A stretch of DNA of 64,000 nt, taken from contig CANLIC010000003.1 in the NCBI GenBank assembly GCA_947491025.1, positions 114,005 through 178,004 on the forward strand, given 5' to 3'. Below, piece after piece: positions 43,164 through 51,191 of this stretch. The notes under the pieces were generated by a model. It saw only the letters and a list, made by a program, of their open reading frames with translations, was not told the DNA's origin and made no database searches. Each line of letters begins with the position of its first letter. Position 1 is the stretch's first letter. The translations under genes and the position numbers were made by a program. This DNA is from Myxococcales bacterium. Its GTDB lineage: Bacteria > Myxococcota_A > UBA9042.

Positions 43164-44345
43164 CTACTCCTCGTCTTTGGCGTTGATCACGGTCCGCACC
43201 GCGTTCTGGAAGGCGGTGAGATCCAGCGATCCTGAGCCATTCGGCGCGAAGTACATGATGTTCTTGCCATTCTTCGCGTAGCCGTAGCCGCTGTTGCGGA
43301 TCTGCGAGCCAGCGAACTTGCCGGCAAAGGGGGCGTTCATCTTGGCCCAGGCGTCTACAGCGCCGTTGTCTTGGAAAACCGGAATGGTCTTCACCTTCGC
43401 GGTCAAGGCCTTGGGCGTGTTGCTTGCCTTGTCGTTGATGACCAACATCACCACGTCAGACTTGCCGGACGCGTTCGCCTCGTCTTGCAGCTTCTGCATG
43501 TCGGCGGCCTGCGCGATGCAGGAGGCACACCAGTCCGAGACCAGGGCGACGACGACCTTCTTGCCCTTGAAGGCATCGAGGCCGTAGGTCGTGTCAAAGC
43601 CGGGGCTGCCCGGGTTGATGTCCTTGAGCTCCCACTGCGGGAAGTCGTGGAAGGTCTTGACGCACGCAACGTTCTCGTCGCCCTTGCTGACCACGTCGCC
43701 GGTTAAGGTGATCTTCGAGAGGTCGACGTCAAAGGTACGGCCCTTGAAGCGCATGGTCAGCGGCCCAGCGAAGGTCGGCTTGAGCGTCACACCGCGCAAC
43801 GTCGCCTCCGTCAGGCCGGCGTTCGGCTGGCCAAGCGGCGCCATGGGCAAGCTGCCGGTTCCGGCCGTCGAGGTGTAGACGACGACGCCCTTGGCCGGCT
43901 CGGTGGCCCAGCCGGGGCAGTCGATGGTCTGGATCAGCTGATCGTCTTGGTAGATTCCGGACTTGGCGTAGAAGCTCGCGGTCTTCAGGACCAAGCCCTC
44001 GCCCGCGAAGCCCGCCTGGTAGTCGAGCTGCAGCTTGCAGCTGCCGTCTGGCCGCGCGACCTCGATCGACAGCGAGGGCACGCAAGCCAGGCCGCCGACG
44101 TCCTTGTTGATGCGGTGCATCATCGTCGCCTTGGCCTCAAGCCCGTCGTACGCGACCGTGAAATTGCCGCCGTCGATCGCCGCGCTAAAAGCGCCGCCGG
44201 CGCGCAGCCCCTGTGACCCAAGCCCAGCGCCGCCCGTGCCGCTTTCTGCCGCGCAGCCCGCCGCCAATGCCACGACCGCGAAGACGGCGAGCGCCATCCG
44301 GGTAACGGAGCCCAGCCATAGGCCCGTCGAGATCTGCAGAGCCAT
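43164..44345 (-). CDS. Lipoprotein with C-terminal thioredoxin-fold (redoxin) domain
   Basis: GGGAGG RBS, lipobox AAGC, a beta-rich N-terminal domain and C-terminal WCASC. Confidence 0.75.
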   Translation of the reverse strand: MALQISTGLWLGSVTRMALAVFAVVALAAGCAAESGTGGAGLGSQGLRAGGAFSAAIDGGNFTVAYDGLEAKATMMHRINKDVGGLACVPSLSIEVARPDGSCKLQLDYQAGFAGEGLVLKTASFYAKSGIYQDDQLIQTIDCPGWATEPAKGVVVYTSTAGTGSLPMAPLGQPNAGLTEATLRGVTLKPTFAGPLTMRFKGRTFDVDLSKITLTGDVVSKGDENVACVKTFHDFPQWELKDINPGSPGFDTTYGLDAFKGKKVVVALVSDWCASCIAQAADMQKLQDEANASGKSDVVMLVINDKASNTPKALTAKVKTIPVFQDNGAVDAWAKMNAPFAGKFAGSQIRNSGYGYAKNGKNIMYFAPNGSGSLDLTAFQNAVRTVINAKDEE

Positions 44346-44675
44346 CGGATCCTCCCACGCGCAAGAGCATCTAGTTCAGCCCGGTCCGCCGGTTGCCGTC
44401 GACCGGAGTCGTGGATCGGCTCGCCACGGCCGCGCCGCGGCGCCCCGGCGCCAGACACCGAGAGCATAGCACAGCGGCGCCGCCTCGGGAAGGGCAAAGA
44501 CATATTCACCGCCAGTCCACCTGCGACACCGCTCCGTCTGGCGCGCCCCTTGTCGCCGCCAGCGTCTCGGCCTTGGCTGTCTCAAGTCGCCAGGGCCGGG
44601 CGGCGCATGCCGCCGAGGCCAAGGCGTCGAAGTCGACCCTTCGGACCGCCTCGCCAGGTGGGCGCGGCCCGACCC

Positions 44676-44704
44676 TTGATTTCCCCGATGCGATCCCACA
44701 CACT
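44676..44704 (+). promoter_or_regulatory. Putative sigma70 promoter of rpsU
   Basis: TTGATT-N17-CACACT. Confidence 0.4.
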
Positions 44705-44790
44705 CTTGGGCCTTCCGCCGGCCGGGACCGAGTCGGAAGCCATGACGAGGGCCCGCAGGGCGCCGGGACGGCCATGAGCCGGGAGCAGAG

Positions 44791-45192
44791 ATGAGCAACG
44801 ATTACCAGGGCATGGGCGGTGGTTACGGTCGCGATGGCGGCGGCGGCGGCGGCGGCGGCTACGGCGGCGGCGGCTACGGCGGCGGTGGCGGTGGCTTCGG
44901 CGGCGACTACGGCGGCGACGGCGGCGACAAGCCGCGCGGTGATCGGCCGCGTCGCGCCTCGGCGCGCGCTGTTGAGTTCCGCGCTCTCGAGGTCTCGGTC
45001 CAGGACGGCAACGTCAACCGCGCGCTGTCGATGCTGAAGCGCAAGATGGCCAACGAGGGCATCTACAAGGAGCTTCGCAAGCGTCGCTACTTTGAGAAGC
45101 CTTCCGAGGAGAAGAAGCGCCGCAGCCGCGAGGCAGATCGCCGCCGCAAGAAGGCGATTCGTATCGCGCGAGAGCGCGGCGCGCAGGCCTGA
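44791..45192 (+). CDS. rpsU: 30S ribosomal protein bS21 with Gly-rich N-terminal extension
   Basis: LEVSVQDGNVNRALSMLKRKMANEGIYKELRKRRYFEKPSEEKKRR core. Confidence 0.9.
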   Translation: MSNDYQGMGGGYGRDGGGGGGGGYGGGGYGGGGGGFGGDYGGDGGDKPRGDRPRRASARAVEFRALEVSVQDGNVNRALSMLKRKMANEGIYKELRKRRYFEKPSEEKKRRSREADRRRKKAIRIARERGAQA

Positions 45193-45199
45193 GCCTACG

Positions 45200-46351
45200 A
45201 TGATGCGCGCTGCGTGGTCTCACGGGCGGCTGCCGGCGGGGGCGTACGCAGTGCGCTCTGTCCGACCGTTCGGTCCGACGATCGCAGCGCTCTGCCTCGC
45301 CCTGCTGGCCGCGCTCACCTCGCCGCAGGTTGCTGACGCGGCGACCAAGCAGAAGACCAAAGTCCGCAAGGGCTCGAGCGCGGGCGCAGCGCCGGCGAAA
45401 TCGAGCGATCGCGAAGCCGCGGCGCCGACCAAGGCGACCTCATCGGGCCGCGATGGCGAGGGCAGCACACCCGAGGGCGGCACGGCTGCTGAGCCGACGT
45501 CGCCGTCGAGCAGCGATCGCGGCGCCACGGGCGGGGGACGCGGCGCAAGCGGCAGCGCAGATCGCGACACGGCCCCAGCGCCGAAGCCCGCAGACACTGC
45601 AACCCCAGCGCCGGCCAAGTCGTCCAAGCCGAAGGTGGCGATCGCCGCCCCGTCCGACGACGTCTCGGAGCGGGTGGAGGCCGCGATTCGGCCCCTGTGG
45701 CAGGGCGGGTTCATCCAGGTCAATGTCGGCTACGGCCTGGCTGGCGGTGAAGCGGGCCCCGCAATCCCTGACCCACAAAACGCGGTGTTCAACGGCGGCT
45801 TCGCGGCGTGGCGCGAGAAGAACTGCCTGTTCGGCGATCAAGGCTGCTACAACAAGGCCATCACTACCGACGCCGGCACTGGGCTCGCCGTTGCCTTTCA
45901 GTTTGGTTACAACATCCTCGGATGGGCCTCCGTCTGGGCCGACTTGGCATGGAAGGGTAGCCTCGGCAGCAAGATCGAGATGGCCGGAACCGGCGCGGTC
46001 TCTCTCATCGCCGGCTTCCATCCGTTGCGGGCCTGGCGCGCCGACACGCCGGTCGATCTGCGCATCTACGGTGGGTACGGCTTCTTCGACATCCTCTACT
46101 ACCACGAGACGGAGTTCCAACAGGATGCGACGGGCAAAGCCTTCACTGGCACCTCAATCCCGTTCGGCCTCTCGACCGAGTGGCGGGTGCCGGAGAGCAC
46201 CTTCGCGATCGGCCTCGATCTGCGCGGTGTGCGGGCGAGCTACCGCCGCTGGGTCTACAACGACGACAAGGACATCTCGTCCGACATGTCGGCCGATCCG
46301 GTCACGACCCTGCGCATGGAAGGCCGAATTATCTTCGCCTGGCACCTCTAG
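45200..46351 (+). CDS. Putative outer-membrane beta-barrel protein with disordered N-terminal linker
   Basis: Signal-like segment, Ser/Ala/Pro linker, alternating beta strands (FQFGYN, YGGYGF) and terminal IFAWHL. The start is uncertain. Confidence 0.6.
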   Translation: MMRAAWSHGRLPAGAYAVRSVRPFGPTIAALCLALLAALTSPQVADAATKQKTKVRKGSSAGAAPAKSSDREAAAPTKATSSGRDGEGSTPEGGTAAEPTSPSSSDRGATGGGRGASGSADRDTAPAPKPADTATPAPAKSSKPKVAIAAPSDDVSERVEAAIRPLWQGGFIQVNVGYGLAGGEAGPAIPDPQNAVFNGGFAAWREKNCLFGDQGCYNKAITTDAGTGLAVAFQFGYNILGWASVWADLAWKGSLGSKIEMAGTGAVSLIAGFHPLRAWRADTPVDLRIYGGYGFFDILYYHETEFQQDATGKAFTGTSIPFGLSTEWRVPESTFAIGLDLRGVRASYRRWVYNDDKDISSDMSADPVTTLRMEGRIIFAWHL

Positions 46352-46618
46352 CGCCGCTTCGCCTTCGCACTACGCGCCCCGTCGAAGTTCGACGCCAAAG
46401 GGGCGGCTGCACCCGGCAGATCCTGTCGAAGCGCGAGGGTCCGCGGCGCAGGGCGTCGCGACGTCGCGGCTCTCGAAAGACCACACAGCGGCGCCTCTTG
46501 CGGCGGCCTATCGGTGCCTTTGGGTTGGGGGCTCGCCGTGGCGGCTCGCGCGGTTGACGCCCGTCCAGCGCCGTTCCAGCATGCCGACGTGCGCCGGCCC
46601 GGCCGGCATGGAGCCTGA

Positions 46619-47545
46619 ATGCAAAGCCCCTCGATCCGTCGCCTGATGCCCGCCCGCCCGCTGCTGCTGGGCCTTCTGGCCGCCGGCCTCTGCATCTCCG
46701 CTTCACCAGCGGCGCGCGCCGCCAACGTCGACGCTGTCCTGTCGATCTTGCAGAAGAAGGGCAACGCCGGTGCGGCACGCGGCCCCAAGACCATCGATGA
46801 CGCGGCCAAGGCCAAGGTCGATGGCATGGCGGAGCAGCTGGCACAACGCACCGGCGGCAAGGCCTACATCGTCGTCCTGCCGGAAGACGAAGAGCCCGAT
46901 GATTACATCAGCATCTACGGAAAGATGGGGCTCGGCGGCAAGGACGTCCTCATCGCGACCAACGGCAAGGAGTGGGAGCTGCGCTGTGACGCGATCGCCA
47001 AGGCGCAGAAGGACACGCTCTTCGCCCAGACCTTGGGCACGGGCGGCAACCCTCTGCAGCGGCTGGAGAAGCTGACCACCGCACTGCCCGGCGCCATCCA
47101 GTCGAGCCAGAAGGTGCACGGTGGCACCAGGGCGATCGCGACCACTGGCGCCCGGCCCTATCAGCCCCACGTGCAGCACGAGAGCGGATTCCCTTGGGGC
47201 TGGACGCTGTTTGGTGCCCTCGTCGCTGGTGCGGTCGGCTTCGTCTTCTGGCGGCGCAAGCAGCGCGATCGCGCCCTCGCTGCTGAGCTCAAGGCCGCCC
47301 TGGATCCTGGCGAGTCTTCCATGGCCGAGATCTTCCTCGGCATGGACGGCCTGGAGCAGCATCCCCGCTTCGACCAGCTGCTCAGCCGCGCAACGGGACT
47401 GTCCAGCAAATTCGATGAATTGAAGGCTCAGAGCCCGAGTCGGCAGGCCATCGTCCAGGCGGAGTCGTTGTCGCGGCAAGCGCGCGAGCTGCATGGTGAA
47501 TTCCGGGTCCTGGGCGCGCCCGCGAGTCGCCTGTCCGGCCTCTAG
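46619..47545 (+). CDS. TPM-like domain membrane protein
   Basis: Signal peptide, QLAQRTGGKAYIVVL...MGLGGKDVLI (TPM-like), one TM helix followed by RRK, and a cytoplasmic helical tail. Confidence 0.6.
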   Translation: MQSPSIRRLMPARPLLLGLLAAGLCISASPAARAANVDAVLSILQKKGNAGAARGPKTIDDAAKAKVDGMAEQLAQRTGGKAYIVVLPEDEEPDDYISIYGKMGLGGKDVLIATNGKEWELRCDAIAKAQKDTLFAQTLGTGGNPLQRLEKLTTALPGAIQSSQKVHGGTRAIATTGARPYQPHVQHESGFPWGWTLFGALVAGAVGFVFWRRKQRDRALAAELKAALDPGESSMAEIFLGMDGLEQHPRFDQLLSRATGLSSKFDELKAQSPSRQAIVQAESLSRQARELHGEFRVLGAPASRLSGL

Positions 47546-47582
47546 GCTTCGACGCAGCCCCGTCAGTCGCAAAGGAGCTTCC

Positions 47583-48824
47583 ATGCGCCTCGTGAGTCAG
47601 GGTCGAATCTACCTGCCGGGCGAGCAGGTGTTCAGAGCGCCTCGCTTTTTCGACAAGTTCAAGCACTTCTTCGGCGGCGAGATGGACCTGCGCACCGGCG
47701 AGCAGAAGCTGTCGCGCGACGCGCTGTCGTTGACCGAGGCCATCCAGACCGGCCTCGCGAGGGCCGGCGTCGACAACGCCGTGAGCTTGGTGGTCGACAC
47801 CGACGTCGTGTTTCAAGACGCCGAGGGGCAGCGCGGCGACGGCGAGATGTTGGTCAGCGCCATGCGTTACGCCCACGAGCGCTTCGAGTCGGGCTTCGAG
47901 ACGTTGCGCGCCGTGTTCGAACATGAGGGCCACGGACTGCACGCCCTCATCGAGGTGACGGTCAAGGCCAAGCACGCCCAGGAAGCGCCGGCGGCGACGA
48001 TCGCGATTGGTGCCCGCATCGACGAGCTGCGGCCGCGCGACGGGGAGTCGATGGAGGAGGCCCGCGAGCGTATCGGCAAGCGTCTCGCGGACACCGCCCT
48101 GGTTCCGACGGCCCGCAACGCGCTCGCCGACCTCGGCAGCCGGATTCAGCAGGGATTGGCGCGCACCTTCGTTCAGGGGCGCGTCGAGATGGACCAGCCC
48201 GAGGTGGCGGTGGTGCGCCCGAGTGGCGAGGAGGTCCGTGACGCAGCCATCCACCGCGACGAGCGAAGCGCCCACCTGCGCGAAACGCCTCACTATCCGC
48301 GAGCCGGCGCCTACGGACCCTATTACGACCCCTGGGGCACCTACTACCGCGATCCGATGGACACGATGGTCAACCTCATGATCCTCGATGCGATGCTGGC
48401 TCCGCGGCACCACTGGGGCTATGGCGCCTATGGGCTCGGCCACGGCTGGGCCAGCTACGGCGCCCCGGTACACGTCATCCACCATCACGGCGGGGCGATC
48501 TGCGACGCCAGCGAGATCGGCAGCTACAGCAGCCAGTTGGGCGGCGTGGGCCAGGTGGCGAGCCTCGACTTTGACTCGGCGAGCTGGGACGATTCGGCGA
48601 TGTCGGGCTATGATGCTGGCCAGTCCTCCTGGGCCTCCACAGGCAGCGGCGCTGGCACCAATTCGAGTTTCGATTGCGTCGGTTATGATGATCCCAACCA
48701 ACGCGCAGCCTCGTGGGATTGCTCGAGCGACTGCTCGTGGGACTGCTCGAGCGACTGTTCCTTCGATTGTTCGAGCGACTGTTCTTGGGACTGCTCTAGC
48801 GACTGCTCGACGAGCTGGGATTGA
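47583..48824 (+). CDS. Protein with C-terminal S[W/F]DCSSDC repeats; candidate radical SAM substrate
   Basis: AAAGGAG RBS and ATG 47583. About 240 aa globular N-terminus, an aromatic/Gly-rich middle and a tail of (SWDCSSDC)2-SFDCSSDC-SWDCSSDC-STSWD. Its stop overlaps the rSAM start. Confidence 0.8.
   Translation: MRLVSQGRIYLPGEQVFRAPRFFDKFKHFFGGEMDLRTGEQKLSRDALSLTEAIQTGLARAGVDNAVSLVVDTDVVFQDAEGQRGDGEMLVSAMRYAHERFESGFETLRAVFEHEGHGLHALIEVTVKAKHAQEAPAATIAIGARIDELRPRDGESMEEARERIGKRLADTALVPTARNALADLGSRIQQGLARTFVQGRVEMDQPEVAVVRPSGEEVRDAAIHRDERSAHLRETPHYPRAGAYGPYYDPWGTYYRDPMDTMVNLMILDAMLAPRHHWGYGAYGLGHGWASYGAPVHVIHHHGGAICDASEIGSYSSQLGGVGQVASLDFDSASWDDSAMSGYDAGQSSWASTGSGAGTNSSFDCVGYDDPNQRAASWDCSSDCSWDCSSDCSFDCSSDCSWDCSSDCSTSWD
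48711..48806 (+). repeat. 24-nt coding tandem repeat x4
   Basis: tcgtgggattgctcgagcgactgc and three variants that differ mostly at synonymous positions. Confidence 0.9.
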
Positions 48825-50383
48825 GCTTGGAACTCGAGGCCGACGGCACCGTCGCAGCGATCGCCTCCGCACCCTCGGCGGCGCTGCCAGGGGCGATGGC
48901 GGCGCTGCCGATCTGGCGGGGCGACCGGCTTTTGCAGGGCATCGTTCGCGGCCAGCGCTTCGTGCACAACCCGGCGGTGCAAGACGGCCTGCTCTTGTTG
49001 TCACGCCGCGCCGGCGCCCTGCTCGACAGCGCGGACGGCGCGCCGCTCAGTCAGACCCTCGAGCGCATCCACATCGGCGCGGCGTCCGATCCGGCCTGGC
49101 TCCGTGAGGCGAGGCTGCTGCTTCGCTACGGCATGGTCCAGCATCCGCGTCACGAGCAGCTCGCCGTCGACGCATGGCTCGGTCGGCGCCCGAAGGCGGC
49201 CGAGCGCAGCTTCGACCTCTGGCTGCACGTGACCAACGACTGCAACCTCGACTGCCCCTACTGCTACATCGACAAGTCCAAAGCGCGCATGGACGACGGC
49301 GCCATGGACCGGGCTCTGCGCGCCATCGAGGCCGCCGCCGCCGCCGGGCACTGCGAGCGGGTGCACGTCCGGTATGCGGGCGGCGAGCCGATGTTGCGTT
49401 TCGCCCAGCTGCAGCGCTTCCACGCCGACGCTGTCGCCGCCTGCGCCCGCCATGGCGTGCGCTATACCGCCGCGATCTTGAGCAATGGCACGGTCGTGCC
49501 AGACGGCGCGCCGGCGTGGGTGCGGGCCCACGGTGTCGGGCTCTCGCTCTCCATCGATGGCCTCGGCGATACGCAAGACGTCATGCGCCCGACGCGCGCT
49601 GGGCGGGGAAGCTGGCAACACCTGGAGCGCGGTCTCGCGGCCTGGCGGCGTGGCGGGGTTGAGCCCTACGTGCTGGTCACGCTGGGTGCCGGCAATATCG
49701 ATGAGGCGCCGGCGCTGGTCGACTGGCTGCTGGCTGAGGGGCTGGCTTTTCGCTTGAGCCTGGTGCGCGACCTCGAACTGGGCAGCGGCGACCTGGATGA
49801 TAAGCACGGCGCCCAGCGTCCGCGCCAAGCGCCACTGGCGGCAGGCGGCATCCTGCAAGGCGCGCCGCTGCAACGGGTGCTGCGGCCCTTGATGGCGGCC
49901 TACGACGCCATCGAGGCCCACGTCGGGGCCCAGATCGACGCCGGGGTCAAGGTCGCGCCGGAGTTCCGCGCCCGCCATCGCTTCTGCGACTTGTCGCCCT
50001 TTCGCCCGATCGGCAAGGCCTGCGGGGCCGGCAGCAACTACGCGGCGATCGGCCCAGCCGCGGCGTTCTCGGCCTGCCAGGCGGCGCTGCACCACGGCGA
50101 TGAGGTCGCGACCCTGGACGGCGATCGCTCCATCGTCGAGCAAGCGCGCGCACACCAGCCCTTTGGTGCCTTTACCCGCGCCGAGGGCAACGTCGACTGT
50201 CGCACCTGCCGGCACCAACTCAGCTGCGCCGGCGGCTGTCCGCTCCTGTTGTACCGCCGCGACGGTCACATCGACGGCCGATCGCCCTTCTGCGAGATCT
50301 TCCGCGCGGTCCTGCCCCGTATCGTCCGCATCGCCGCCCTGGAACTTGTCGGGGTCCAGCGTCGCGCTGCGGCGGCTGTGTAG
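48821..50383 (+). CDS. Radical SAM/SPASM domain maturase
   Basis: CNLDCPYC, YAGGEPML, ILSNGT and SLSIDG; SPASM CGAG...SAC and CRTCRHQLSCAGGCP...PFC. Confidence 0.92.
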   Translation: MSLELEADGTVAAIASAPSAALPGAMAALPIWRGDRLLQGIVRGQRFVHNPAVQDGLLLLSRRAGALLDSADGAPLSQTLERIHIGAASDPAWLREARLLLRYGMVQHPRHEQLAVDAWLGRRPKAAERSFDLWLHVTNDCNLDCPYCYIDKSKARMDDGAMDRALRAIEAAAAAGHCERVHVRYAGGEPMLRFAQLQRFHADAVAACARHGVRYTAAILSNGTVVPDGAPAWVRAHGVGLSLSIDGLGDTQDVMRPTRAGRGSWQHLERGLAAWRRGGVEPYVLVTLGAGNIDEAPALVDWLLAEGLAFRLSLVRDLELGSGDLDDKHGAQRPRQAPLAAGGILQGAPLQRVLRPLMAAYDAIEAHVGAQIDAGVKVAPEFRARHRFCDLSPFRPIGKACGAGSNYAAIGPAAAFSACQAALHHGDEVATLDGDRSIVEQARAHQPFGAFTRAEGNVDCRTCRHQLSCAGGCPLLLYRRDGHIDGRSPFCEIFRAVLPRIVRIAALELVGVQRRAAAAV

Positions 50384-50392
50384 CGGCTGAAC

Positions 50393-50773
50393 CTAGTTCG
50401 CCTCGACCCCGGCGAGGCGCGCCTCGCACTCGGCACAGCGCTCCGCCCAAGGCGCCTCGTCGAGCACCTGTAGCGGCAGCGCGGCGGCACAGTCCACGCA
50501 ATGGCCATAGGCGGGCTGCGCCTCGGGGCCGGCGGCGAGGCGCTTCTGGGCGTCGCTGATCTGGTCGAGGAAGGCGCGCACCCGCTCCAGGGGCGTCTGG
50601 CCGGGCTTGCGCTCGTGCGGCAGCTTGAGGTCGAGCAGCTTGGCGTTCTGACTGGCCAACATCGAGGTCAGCTTGGCGTTGACGGCCATGCCCTTGCGTC
50701 CAAGTTCGAGCCGCCAGCGCGCGCGTCGCGTCCGATCGGCAAGCTCGAGGGGTGTCGCCGGGTGAATGCGCAT
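50393..50773 (-). CDS. DksA/TraR-type C4 zinc-finger protein
   Basis: LDQISDAQKRL...YGHCVDCAAALPLQVLDEAPWAERCAEC. Confidence 0.75.
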   Translation of the reverse strand: MRIHPATPLELADRTRRARWRLELGRKGMAVNAKLTSMLASQNAKLLDLKLPHERKPGQTPLERVRAFLDQISDAQKRLAAGPEAQPAYGHCVDCAAALPLQVLDEAPWAERCAECEARLAGVEAN

Positions 50774-51074
50774 CGGATCCCCAGTGCCCGCGTCGACGGC
50801 GCATCGTCGCCGCCCTTCAGACCGTGGGCAGCGTCAGTGTGGCACGGACGGGGTCGCGACGCACGCTTGCGGTTGGGCCCAAGTTCCCGCCCATGTGCAA
50901 CAGAGCAGCATCCTTCGTGCTCCGGCGTCCCAGCAGGCAGCAATGCGTCTCCTGCCGCAACTTTGGTCGCTGCACCGCATCCAACCCGGCGCTGCCGGGG
51001 CCAGGCGTGACAACGCCGGGTGGGCATCGGCCAGCAATATGTCGGTCCGTCGCACGAATCATGGCCCTCTTTGC

Positions 51075-51102
51075 TTGCCTTTCCGATCTTGCCGACTACC
51101 AT
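51075..51102 (+). promoter_or_regulatory. Putative sigma70 promoter of the OmpA-family gene
   Basis: TTGCCT-N16-TACCAT about 90 nt upstream of ATG 51192. Confidence 0.35.
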
Positions 51103-51191
51103 TCGCGCAGGTGTGTGTGCGGACGCCGCTCTCTCGTCCGTACAACGCCTCCTTCTGCTCCCGCATGGCGGGGGCGCGGAGCCAGCAACTC

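Noticed and set aside
48711-48806. 24-nt repeats as a CRISPR array
   Set aside because: There are no spacers, the repeats are in frame with synonymous variation, and no cas genes are present.
48821-50383. rSAM as an anaerobic sulfatase maturase
   Set aside because: No sulfatase is present in the window, and the gene is coupled to a Cys-repeat protein. This reading is disfavoured but not excluded.
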